From: a virus
Lineage: Duplodnaviria > Caudoviricetes
IMG/VR virus record: IMGVR_UViG_3300043608_000028
Location: 1 to 56,707 of that record
Length of the DNA: 56,707 bases
Direction: 5' to 3' (one strand)
Shown here: positions 16,433 to 24,778 of the stretch, one piece after another
How positions within the stretch are numbered: position 1 is the stretch's first letter
How the letters are laid out: every line of letters begins with the position of its first letter
Translations under genes and position numbers: made by a program
Notes under the pieces: model-generated
The model's input: only the letters and a program-made list of their open reading frames with translations
Told to the model about the DNA's origin: nothing
The model's database searches: none

Positions 16433-19026
16433 CGGCTGCTGCCCGGGTAGCGGAATACCGCCGCTTCCTTGAAGCGAAGGTGGTGTCCGCCCCCGTGCGC
16501 GGCTTCGAGATCTCCGAAGCCGACGTCAACCCCGCGTGCAAGCCGCACGTCAGGGCGATCGTCCGGCGGATGGTGCAGCTCGGCCGTGCCGGCTGCTTCT
16601 CCCGGTTCGGCCTGCAGAAGACCACCACCCAACTCGAGGTGGTGAGGCTGACCCGGGAGCGGGCCGGTGGCCGCGGCCTGATCGTCTGCCCCCTGGGCGT
16701 GCGCCAGGAGTTCCGCCGGGACGCGCTCGAGGTCCTGGGCTGGAAGCCGGCGCCGAAGTTCATCCGCTTCACCGAGGAGGCCGAGGACCCAGCGGGGATC
16801 TACCTCACCAACTACGAGACCGTGCGCGAGTGCAAGCTCGACCCCGAGGCCTTCACGGTGGCCTCGCTGGACGAGGCCGCGGTCCTGCGAGGGTTCGGCG
16901 GGACGAAGACCTTCCGCGAGTTCATGGCTCTCTTCGCGGGGGATGACCGGAGCGGCGTGCGCACCCGCGGCGTGCCGTACCGGTTCGTGGCCACGGCCAC
17001 GCCCTCGCCGAATGAATACATCGAGCTGCTGGCGTACGCCGCCTACCTGGACGTGATGGACGTCTCGGCCGCGAAGACCAGGTTCTTCAAGAGGGACTCC
17101 ACGAAGGCTGACCACCTGACCCTCCACCCCCACAAGCAGGAGGAGTTCTGGCTGTGGGTGGCGTCGTGGGCGATCTTCCTGCAGCGGCCGTCCGACCTGG
17201 GCCCCGAGTACTCCGACGCGGGATACATCCTCCCGCCGCTCGAGGTTCGGTGGCACGAGGTGGCGACGGACCACCGCGGCGCCGGCAACGAGCGCGACGG
17301 CCAGGCCCGGCTCTACAAGAACGCGGCCCTCGGGGTGCAGGAGGCCGCGCGCGAGAAGCGGGAGAGCCTGCCCGCCCGCCTGGCCAAGCTGATGGAGCTG
17401 CGGGCGGAGGATCCAGCCGCGCACCGGATCCTCTGGCACGACCTGGAGGCCGAGCGCGAGGCGATCGAGGCCGCGATCCCGGGTGTCACCAGCGTGTACG
17501 GCTCCCAGCGCCTGGAGGAGCGGGAGCGGGCGGTGGCGGCCTTTGCCGACGGGGAGGTGCAGGAGCTGGCGGGCAAGCCGGTGATGCTGGGCGCCGGCAC
17601 CAACCTCCAGCGCCACTGCTCGTGGGCGATCTTCCTCGGCATCGGTTTCAAGTTCGCGGACTTCATTCAGGCCATCCACCGGCTACAGCGGTACGGCCAG
17701 GAGCGGCCCGTGCGCCTCGACCTGATCTACACCGAGGCCGAGCGCGAGGTCCGCCGGGTGCTGGAGGAGAAGTGGCGCCAGCACGAGATCCTCGTCGAGA
17801 ACATGTCCGCGATCATCCGCCAGTACGGCCTGGCGCACGCGGCCCTCGCCGGCGGGCTGTCGCGGTCGATGGGGGTGGAGCGGCGGGAGGCCTCGGGCGA
17901 GGGCTACCGGCTCGTCAACAACGACACCGTCCTGGAGCTGCTCGAGGGCCCCCCGATCGACGAGGGCAGCGTCGGCCTGGTGCTGACCTCCATCCCGTTC
18001 GCGCACCAGTACGAATACAGCCCCAGCTTCAACGACTTCGGCCACACCGACGACTTCGCCCACTTCTGGCGGCAGATGGACTTCCTCACCCCAGAGCTCC
18101 TCCGGGTCCTGATGCCTGGGCGGGTGGCCGCGGTGCACGTGAAGGACCGGATCACCCCGGGGGGCATCAACGGCTTCGGGTTTCAGACCGTCCACCCCCT
18201 GAGCGACGAGTGCGTGGCCCACTTCACGAAGCACGGGTTCGCCTTCCTCGGCCGCAAGACGGTGGTGACGGACGTCGTGCGTGAAAACGCACAGACCTAT
18301 CGGCTTGGCTGGACCGAGCAATGCAAGGACGGGAGCCGGATGGGGGCAGGCCTCCCCGAATACGTGCTCCTGTTCCGGAAGCCCCAGACCGACCGCGGTC
18401 GCGGCTTCGCCGACCTGCCGGTGGTGAAGGCGAAGGACGAGTACTCGCGCGGTCGCTGGCAGTTCGACGCCCACGGGTTCACCCGCAGCAGCGGGGACCG
18501 GCCCATCTCCATCCAGGACCTGAAGGGCCTGACGCACGCCCAGGTCTTCAAGCTCTTCCGGAAGTACTCGCTGACCCGGGTCTACGACTTCGAGCGCGAC
18601 GTGAAGATCGCCGAGTGGCTGGACAAGAAGGGGATGCTGCCCCCCTCGTTCATGCTGCTCCAGCCCCAGAGCTGGCACCCGGATGTCTGGACCGACATCA
18701 CCAGGATGCGGACCCTCAACACCATGCAGGTGGCGAAGGGCGCCGAGACCCACCTGTGCCCCATCCAGTTCGACCTGGTGGACCGCTTGGTAACTCAGTT
18801 CACGATGCCGGGCGAGCTCGTATTCGACCCCTTCTCGGGCCTGGGGACCGTGCCCTACTGCTCCGTCAAGCTGAAGCGGCGAGGCCTCGGCGTCGAGCTC
18901 AACACCCGGTACTGGGCCGAGGGCGCGGCCTACTGCGAGGCGGCCGCTCGCCAGGTGGCCATGCCCACCCTCTTCGACGTGCTCGACCAGGACGATGAGC
19001 CCGCCCTCACCGAGGCCAGCGCGTGA
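16429..19026 (+). CDS. SNF2-like helicase domain fused to an N4/N6 DNA methyltransferase
   Basis: FGLQKT, LDEA, ATATPSPN, QAIHRLQRYGQ; then LTSIPF, HLCP, DPFSGLGT. Confidence 0.9.
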   Translation: MTAAARVAEYRRFLEAKVVSAPVRGFEISEADVNPACKPHVRAIVRRMVQLGRAGCFSRFGLQKTTTQLEVVRLTRERAGGRGLIVCPLGVRQEFRRDALEVLGWKPAPKFIRFTEEAEDPAGIYLTNYETVRECKLDPEAFTVASLDEAAVLRGFGGTKTFREFMALFAGDDRSGVRTRGVPYRFVATATPSPNEYIELLAYAAYLDVMDVSAAKTRFFKRDSTKADHLTLHPHKQEEFWLWVASWAIFLQRPSDLGPEYSDAGYILPPLEVRWHEVATDHRGAGNERDGQARLYKNAALGVQEAAREKRESLPARLAKLMELRAEDPAAHRILWHDLEAEREAIEAAIPGVTSVYGSQRLEERERAVAAFADGEVQELAGKPVMLGAGTNLQRHCSWAIFLGIGFKFADFIQAIHRLQRYGQERPVRLDLIYTEAEREVRRVLEEKWRQHEILVENMSAIIRQYGLAHAALAGGLSRSMGVERREASGEGYRLVNNDTVLELLEGPPIDEGSVGLVLTSIPFAHQYEYSPSFNDFGHTDDFAHFWRQMDFLTPELLRVLMPGRVAAVHVKDRITPGGINGFGFQTVHPLSDECVAHFTKHGFAFLGRKTVVTDVVRENAQTYRLGWTEQCKDGSRMGAGLPEYVLLFRKPQTDRGRGFADLPVVKAKDEYSRGRWQFDAHGFTRSSGDRPISIQDLKGLTHAQVFKLFRKYSLTRVYDFERDVKIAEWLDKKGMLPPSFMLLQPQSWHPDVWTDITRMRTLNTMQVAKGAETHLCPIQFDLVDRLVTQFTMPGELVFDPFSGLGTVPYCSVKLKRRGLGVELNTRYWAEGAAYCEAAARQVAMPTLFDVLDQDDEPALTEASA

Positions 19027-19793
19027 GCGTCACCTCGATCGAGTGGACGGACCGAACCTGGAATCCGGTGCGTGGATGCAGCCGGCGCTTCGGCCGATTG
19101 GTCGTCGTCGGCTGGGGCGGCTGGGGAGGTACCGAGGGGAAGCGTAGACGCCGCCTCGAGTGCCTCTGCGATTGCGGCAAGTCTACCAGCACATATCCGT
19201 ATGTCTTGACCGCTGGTGAGAAGCGCTCGTGTGGCTGCCTTTTGCCATACGTTTCGGCGGCCATAGTCGTCGCCATGAACACGCGCCACGGTGAAGCAGG
19301 ACACGGAAGGAACTCACCCGAGTATAAAACGTGGAGGGGCGTCCTGAGTCGTTGTCTGAATCCGAATGGCGCCGGCTATTGGGATTACGGCGGACGCGGC
19401 ATCGGCGTGTGCGATCGGTGGAGAAAGTCGTACGTGGCCTTCCTGGATGACATGGGTCGCAGGCCGTCTCCGCGGCACACGATCGACAGGATCGACAACT
19501 CGAAGAGCTACGAGCCAGGCAACTGCCGGTGGGCGACGAAGAAGCAACAGGCGCGCAACCGGCGCAGTACGGTCTGGCTTGAAGTAGACGGGCTGCGCCT
19601 GAGCGCCGCTGAATGGTCAGAGCGAACTGGGATCCCGATCTCGGTGATTCGCGGTCGTCTGCGCAACCGCTGGGACCATCGCCGCGTCCTCACGGAACCG
19701 ATCACCGATCCAAGCGCCCGCGGCCGGCGCGGTGGCGCCGCGTCTGGCGCAGCTCGTCGCCAGCGATCCAGCACCTGGAGTCTGCCCCAATGA
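19023..19793 (+). CDS. HNH-type endonuclease with a DUF5131 (Gp37/Gp68)-like N-terminal peptide
   Basis: SIEWTDRTWNPVRGC then RFGRLVV, CLCDCG, SCGC, YGGRGI.VCDRW, TIDRIDN, YEPGNCRWAT. Confidence 0.85.
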   Translation: MSVTSIEWTDRTWNPVRGCSRRFGRLVVVGWGGWGGTEGKRRRRLECLCDCGKSTSTYPYVLTAGEKRSCGCLLPYVSAAIVVAMNTRHGEAGHGRNSPEYKTWRGVLSRCLNPNGAGYWDYGGRGIGVCDRWRKSYVAFLDDMGRRPSPRHTIDRIDNSKSYEPGNCRWATKKQQARNRRSTVWLEVDGLRLSAAEWSERTGIPISVIRGRLRNRWDHRRVLTEPITDPSARGRRGGAASGAARRQRSSTWSLPQ

Positions 19794-20734
19794 AGGGTCC
19801 CTCACCCGCCTTCCAGTTCTACCCCAAGGACTGGCTCTCCGACGCTCGCGTGAAGGCCATGACCTTCGAAGAGAAGGGGGTCTACATCGACCTCCTCTCG
19901 GTCTACTGGATCGAGGACGGCCTGCCTACGGACCCGGCGCGCCTCTCTCGCCTGCTCGGAATCGAGGCCAAACGCTTCGCCCGGGTGTGGCCGGCCATCG
20001 CCGCGTGCTTCGGAACCCAGGGCGAGACCCTCACCCAGAAGCGGCTCGAGGCGGAGAAGGCCAAGCAGCTCGCGTTCCGACGCCAACAGTCCGAAAAGGG
20101 GAAGAAAGGCGGTAAGCCTAGGCGTATCAATAAAGATAGAAAGCCACGGGTTAACCGTAGCTTTGATTTGGTTAAGCCGGACCAAAGCCTCTCTGTTTCC
20201 GTTCCCGTTTCCGTTCCCAGTTCTCTATCGCATTCGCTCTTCACGGACACGGACCTCCCCGCACCAGGCATTCCCGAATCGCTACCAGCAACGGCCACGG
20301 CAACGACCTTCGCGCCTGACGGCGCGGGGTCGGCGGGGGCTGAAGCGGGCAAGCCAGGGAACGGGCCGTGGTCGCGGGAGGCGTGCGACGACTGGGTTGA
20401 TCGCTTCACGGGCTCTGCCCCGGGCGGCCGGATCGGCGCCGCGCTGAAACCCCTGGTGCATCGGTTCGGGTGGGGAACCGTGCGCGAGGCGTGGAGGCGC
20501 TACCTGGCCGAGAAGGAACCCGACTTCGCGAGTGCCCAGGACTTCGCGTCGAAGTTCGGGGAGTGGTCGGCGCCCGCGGCTATCGGTACGGGGCAGGCGA
20601 TCGTGGCTCGAGGTGCCGGACCCGGTGCGCCATCGCGCGCCCGGTTCGCGGCGGATCGCATCGACGAGAAAGTTGCCGAGGGTGTCGAGCGTGCGCGGAT
20701 CGAGCGTGTGCTGGGCGGCGGAGGCGCGAAGTGA
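19790..20734 (+). CDS. YdaU/DUF1376-like replication initiator
   Basis: PAFQFYPKDWLSD, EEKGVYIDLL, LTQKRLE; AT-rich internal linker. Confidence 0.85.
   Translation: MKGPSPAFQFYPKDWLSDARVKAMTFEEKGVYIDLLSVYWIEDGLPTDPARLSRLLGIEAKRFARVWPAIAACFGTQGETLTQKRLEAEKAKQLAFRRQQSEKGKKGGKPRRINKDRKPRVNRSFDLVKPDQSLSVSVPVSVPSSLSHSLFTDTDLPAPGIPESLPATATATTFAPDGAGSAGAEAGKPGNGPWSREACDDWVDRFTGSAPGGRIGAALKPLVHRFGWGTVREAWRRYLAEKEPDFASAQDFASKFGEWSAPAAIGTGQAIVARGAGPGAPSRARFAADRIDEKVAEGVERARIERVLGGGGAK
20095..20240. other. candidate replication origin inside the initiator gene
   Basis: AT-rich island with repeated AAGCC/GGTTAA and TTTCCGTTCCC x2, at the usual lambdoid ori position. Confidence 0.5.
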
Positions 20735-21318
20735 AGGCGGACGAGTTCGAGGCCGGGTGGACGGTGCTCCAGGCCATGCTGCAATTCCCGGTTTCGGATG
20801 CCGCTCGGGCCGCCTACTCGGTCGCGCTGTCCGGGCTGCCAGACGGAGCATTCGCGGCAGCGGTGCGAAGCCTCGTCGCGTCGCCTGATTGGGACCCGAA
20901 GACGTTGCCCACGGTGGCCGAGGTCCGGGAGGAGGCGCTCTCAATCCAGGCCGGGGCGAAACGCGGGCGACCCTACATCGCGGGGACCAACATCCCACTC
21001 TCCGCGGTGCTGGACGGAACGGCTGATCTCGGCGCCGTGGACGCCGACCCAAACGTCGGCCGAGCCTCGGCGGCCGTGGTCCTGGGCGGCGCCGCACAGC
21101 CTCGGGCGCTGGGGCCTGGCTCCATGGGTCACGCCCTGGCCCTGCGTGCCGCTGGCGACCAGGACGAGGCCCGGGCGCGTGCTGCCCGCAAGGCGCCGGA
21201 GCTCACGCCGGACGAGTGGGAGCGTCGCCGCGCGGAGCTGCTCCGGCAGGGCGACGAGCTATTGGGACCCGACGAAGCCGAGGCGGCGAAAGCTGCGACC
21301 GGAGGGCGGAATGGGTAG
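20731..21318 (+). CDS. putative helicase loader/inhibitor (G39P-like N-terminus)
   Basis: Follows the initiator; L..LPD.AF.AAV......LPTVAEVRE. Confidence 0.55.
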   Translation: MKADEFEAGWTVLQAMLQFPVSDAARAAYSVALSGLPDGAFAAAVRSLVASPDWDPKTLPTVAEVREEALSIQAGAKRGRPYIAGTNIPLSAVLDGTADLGAVDADPNVGRASAAVVLGGAAQPRALGPGSMGHALALRAAGDQDEARARAARKAPELTPDEWERRRAELLRQGDELLGPDEAEAAKAATGGRNG

Positions 21319-21589
21319 GCGGAAGCCCGAGCCTGGCTACTCGAACCAGAGCGCACCCGCGACGCAGGAGCCTCGCCGCGAGCACGTTCAAGAGCCGGTG
21401 TTCCGGTCCGTGGCCGAGACGCTCTTCTGGCGCGATGCGGTGAGGGCGCGTCAGCCGGGCGAGGACGTAGTCGTGTGGGCCGAGCGGATGAAGGCGGAGC
21501 GAGGGCGGATGGAGTTCGCAGACCAGGCACCGCCGCAACCGTCGCAGGAGCGGATGCAGTACGGGCCGGGCGCGGACGACGACGTCTGA
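21311..21589 (+). CDS. hypothetical protein
   Basis: GGAGG RBS; overlaps upstream stop. Confidence 0.55.
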   Translation: MGRRKPEPGYSNQSAPATQEPRREHVQEPVFRSVAETLFWRDAVRARQPGEDVVVWAERMKAERGRMEFADQAPPQPSQERMQYGPGADDDV

Positions 21590-21603
21590 AAGGGAGACAG
21601 CGA

Positions 21604-22284
21604 ATGGCGAAGGTGAAGGCGGTCTCGTATCGGCTGATCAAGCCCGACTCGGACGAGGGTAACAAGCTCTATCCGGTGATGAACCACCTCGTGGAGAAGT
21701 GGCACGAGGAGCTACGGCAGGCGCGGATAGCGCTTGCCTGGTCCTACGCGTGGAAGGAGGACGCGGACGGGCGCGTCGTCCTCGGACGGATGAAACTCGC
21801 GACCGATCTCGACCGAGAGCTGCACCGGTTCGACATCGTGATTCTGCTCAATCGCGAGTTCGTCGAGAGCGAGCGCGTCAAGCCGGAGCAGGTCGAGGCG
21901 CTGATCGACCACGAGCTGACCCACGCGACCGTCAAGCTCGATGACCACGGGGAGCCTCTTCGCGACGAGCGCGACCGCATCGTCTACCGCGCCCGCAAGC
22001 ACGACCTGGAGGAGTTCTCGGAGATCGTCCGCCGTCACGGGATCTACAAGCGTGACCTCGAAGACTTCGCGAAGGCGGTGCTCTCGAACCAGACGAGCCT
22101 TCTGGATCCCGAGCCGGCGCCGGGCTTGATCGACGCCCTGGCCAACATCGCCCCCAGGCGGGGATCGGGAATCGCATCGGTTGAGTTCTCGAGTCTAGGT
22201 CACGAGACCGTCCGGCTTACCGCCGAAGCCGGCCGCCGGCTTCGGGCCAAGGCGCGCGGCCTTCGCGACGTGGGGTCAAATTGA
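21604..22284 (+). CDS. putative phage metallopeptidase
   Basis: ALIDHELTH (HExxH) and HDLEEF motifs. Confidence 0.85.
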   Translation: MAKVKAVSYRLIKPDSDEGNKLYPVMNHLVEKWHEELRQARIALAWSYAWKEDADGRVVLGRMKLATDLDRELHRFDIVILLNREFVESERVKPEQVEALIDHELTHATVKLDDHGEPLRDERDRIVYRARKHDLEEFSEIVRRHGIYKRDLEDFAKAVLSNQTSLLDPEPAPGLIDALANIAPRRGSGIASVEFSSLGHETVRLTAEAGRRLRAKARGLRDVGSN

Positions 22285-22745
22285 TACCGACAATCGTCGA
22301 GCGCGCCACGCTCCCGCTCCACCGGATCGCTTTCGAGATGCCGTACCTCCTGCCCTCGGCCGCCAACCTCCGCGAGCACTGGCGGAGAAGGGCCGCGCGC
22401 GTCAGATCGGAGCGAGCCACGACCGCGGCCGCGGCGCGTGCGTGGGATGCGCCACGGGTTCCGTTCCCGCTCGTCGTCACCATCACTCGGGTTGCGCCAC
22501 GGATGCTCGACTCCGACAACGCGGCGTCGGCGGCGAAGGCGGTTCGCGACGGGATTGCCGACGCCCTCGGGGTGGACGATAGCAATCCTCTCGTCTTGTG
22601 GCGTTACTCGCAGGAAAAGGGGCGGCCCGCGGTCCGAGTGGAGATCGAAACGGACCGCATGGAGGAGAGCCCAGTAGATGGCTTGCAACTGGGGACACGG
22701 CACCTTCGACGTGAGCAAGGCTCGCAGTCGAGGCTTGCCCGATGA
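22281..22745 (+). CDS. RusA-like Holliday junction resolvase
   Basis: VTITR..PR.LDSDN....K.VRDGIADALGVDD. Confidence 0.75.
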   Translation: MIPTIVERATLPLHRIAFEMPYLLPSAANLREHWRRRAARVRSERATTAAAARAWDAPRVPFPLVVTITRVAPRMLDSDNAASAAKAVRDGIADALGVDDSNPLVLWRYSQEKGRPAVRVEIETDRMEESPVDGLQLGTRHLRREQGSQSRLAR

Positions 22746-23122
22746 CCGACCCAACCAACCCCACCCCCGAAGCCCGCCTGAAGCTCCTACAAGACGCCGT
22801 GAACGAGAACGACCTACCGTGCTTGCCCTCGTGTACCTCACTGGCCCATGCGGAGGGGTGCCAAGGCATGAGCATGACCGCCTCTTTCGCTCTGGCCAAG
22901 CAGCGTCTCCAGCGCGCGAATGAGCTACTACGGGAGTGCAAGGCAGCCATCGAAGACCTGATGTGCGATCCGTCATGGGTCGTCCTACACAACCACGGCT
23001 GGAAGGTGCTTCGCGAGATGCCGCCCAGAATCGAGGCCCACCTCTCCGAAGCCGAGCCCGCCACAGCCGAGGGGGAGAGGTGGCGCAAAAACGTCTTGCC
23101 ATGCCAGGAGCCCCGCCCCTGA
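22742..23122 (+). CDS. hypothetical protein
   Basis: ATGA overlap. Confidence 0.55.
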   Translation: MTDPTNPTPEARLKLLQDAVNENDLPCLPSCTSLAHAEGCQGMSMTASFALAKQRLQRANELLRECKAAIEDLMCDPSWVVLHNHGWKVLREMPPRIEAHLSEAEPATAEGERWRKNVLPCQEPRP

Positions 23123-23373
23123 GTCACCGCCTCCTCCAGGAAGAGCTGGACCGCCTGCTCGCCGCCGGCTGTCCCCAGGAGCACGTCTCGGCTGTTCTTG
23201 GCAGGTGGGCCGACTTCGCCGAGTCGTGCCGGGTGCTGGCCATCCGCAAGGCAGGCCACCGCGGAAACGACGAGTTGACCTTCCGCCTCCGGTCCTCCGC
23301 GGGCCGGCAGCTCATGCCCGAGGAGATGGAGGCGCCCAAGGGGTCTCCGCTCTTGACGCCGGAGCCATCGTAG
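23101..23373 (+). CDS. hypothetical protein, last early gene
   Basis: 3' part of ORF 22936..23373; start uncertain. Confidence 0.5.
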   Translation: MPGAPPLSHRLLQEELDRLLAAGCPQEHVSAVLGRWADFAESCRVLAIRKAGHRGNDELTFRLRSSAGRQLMPEEMEAPKGSPLLTPEPS

Positions 23374-23466
23374 GCGCAGAATCCCCGTGTCGCACCCCGG
23401 TCTGGGCCGCCTGAATTGACAGGCAGGCCGGGAACAAGCCGGTAGCCCAGAGCAGCATCTCCCCAC

Positions 23467-23517
23467 GGCGACCCGGCAAACCTTGTTCGCGAGGTTTGCC
23501 GCGTTGCTCGTGTCGCC
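23467..23517 (+). promoter_or_regulatory. stem-loop upstream of the lysis/late operon
   Basis: CGGCAAACCTTG-TTCG-CGAGGTTTGCCG (23474-23501) inside outer GGCGAC/GTCGCC. Confidence 0.6.
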
Positions 23518-23544
23518 AGCCAAGCTCCCAAGCCCGGGCGCCGC

Positions 23545-23979
23545 GTGAGCCGGGAGATTCCCGGCCACGCCAGCCGGGATCCGCAGCGCCTCTGTCCCTG
23601 CGTCCGCGAGAAGTTCCACGCGCTACAGGATGCCGCCATCGAGCGCGGCATCCTCACCAGGACCGTCGAGACGCTGCGCGACGACGCCCGGCAGGCCCAC
23701 TACATCTCGATCGGAACGAGCTGGACGACGCGAAGCCTCCACCTACCCCAGCCTCCTAACGGGCTGGCGCTCGCCTTCGACGTCGTGCCGACCGACTACG
23801 TGCTCATGAAGTCGTGGAACCCCGCGGGCCCGTTCTGGCGCGAGCTCGGCCAGATCGGGAAGGCACTCGGCCTGCTCTGGGGTGGCGACTGGCAGAGCAC
23901 GCCCGACAGGCCGCACTTCGAGCTGAAGAAGTGCCAGTGCGCAGCCCCGCCCCCGAAAGCTGAGGAGTCCATCGCGTGA
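23545..23979 (+). CDS. endolysin, M15-family (L-Ala-D-Glu-type) peptidase
   Basis: TLR...RQ, SLH, ALAFD, WGGDW, DRPHFE. Confidence 0.9.
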   Translation: MSREIPGHASRDPQRLCPCVREKFHALQDAAIERGILTRTVETLRDDARQAHYISIGTSWTTRSLHLPQPPNGLALAFDVVPTDYVLMKSWNPAGPFWRELGQIGKALGLLWGGDWQSTPDRPHFELKKCQCAAPPPKAEESIA

Positions 23980-24449
23980 GGTCTGCGCTTCTGGGGCTGG
24001 TGCTGGGCCCCGGCCTCGTGGCCCTCGCTCAGGCGCCAGCGGTCCCGCCAGAGGCGGACGACTGGCTGAAGGTGGGAGGAGCGATCGTCACGGTGACAGG
24101 CACCGTCCTGACCGCCCGCCATCTCGCCGAGCAGGCAAAGGCGAAGGCGGAGGACGCCAAGCTCACCGCGATGGCTGCCGATCAGCGGGCATCAGCCATC
24201 GGCAGCAAGGTAGACGATCTGCGCCGCGAGCTGAACGACGAGCGCGACCGCGTCACGCAACTGACGACCGAACAGCGGCGCGACCAGCAGGAGATCACGC
24301 GGCTCCGCGACCTCCGGCACAACTACATCGACCAGGAGCTGAGCCCGCGGCTTCAGAGGTTCGAGAACGGCGTCGAGGAGGTCCAGGAACGATTCGGGGC
24401 GCGTCTCGCGGTAGTCGAGGCCCTGGTCCGAACGGCACGGAGCGAGTGA
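23976..24449 (+). CDS. membrane coiled-coil protein (holin- or spanin-like)
   Basis: Signal-like N-terminus, second hydrophobic segment, long coiled coil; follows the endolysin. Confidence 0.6.
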   Translation: MRSALLGLVLGPGLVALAQAPAVPPEADDWLKVGGAIVTVTGTVLTARHLAEQAKAKAEDAKLTAMAADQRASAIGSKVDDLRRELNDERDRVTQLTTEQRRDQQEITRLRDLRHNYIDQELSPRLQRFENGVEEVQERFGARLAVVEALVRTARSE

Positions 24450-24778
24450 GGAACGGAGAGCGTGTGCCCGAGACCAAACGCCGGTACGTGCGAAAGAAGG
24501 TAACGGTGAGCGCACTCGCGGCCGTACAGGAGGAGCACGGAAAGCGCCTGGTCGATCTCGAGAGGTTGCCGGTCAGGATGAAGCGGCTCCTCCACGACTT
24601 CGAGCGGCTGCGGGAGGACGTGACGGAACCGCTCGGCGTCTTGGGCCTGCACCAGCGGGCGGCGACCCGGGTGCAACTTGCCATCGCCGAGAAGCTCGGC
24701 GTCGAAGTCGCTGCCGCCGACCTCGATCGACTGCATAAGCCGCTCCCCGGCGAGCCGTCCTTCCCGGTGAAGCTGTGA
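24446..24778 (+). CDS. hypothetical protein
   Basis: Coupled at both ends. Confidence 0.6.
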   Translation: MRNGERVPETKRRYVRKKVTVSALAAVQEEHGKRLVDLERLPVRMKRLLHDFERLREDVTEPLGVLGLHQRAATRVQLAIAEKLGVEVAAADLDRLHKPLPGEPSFPVKL

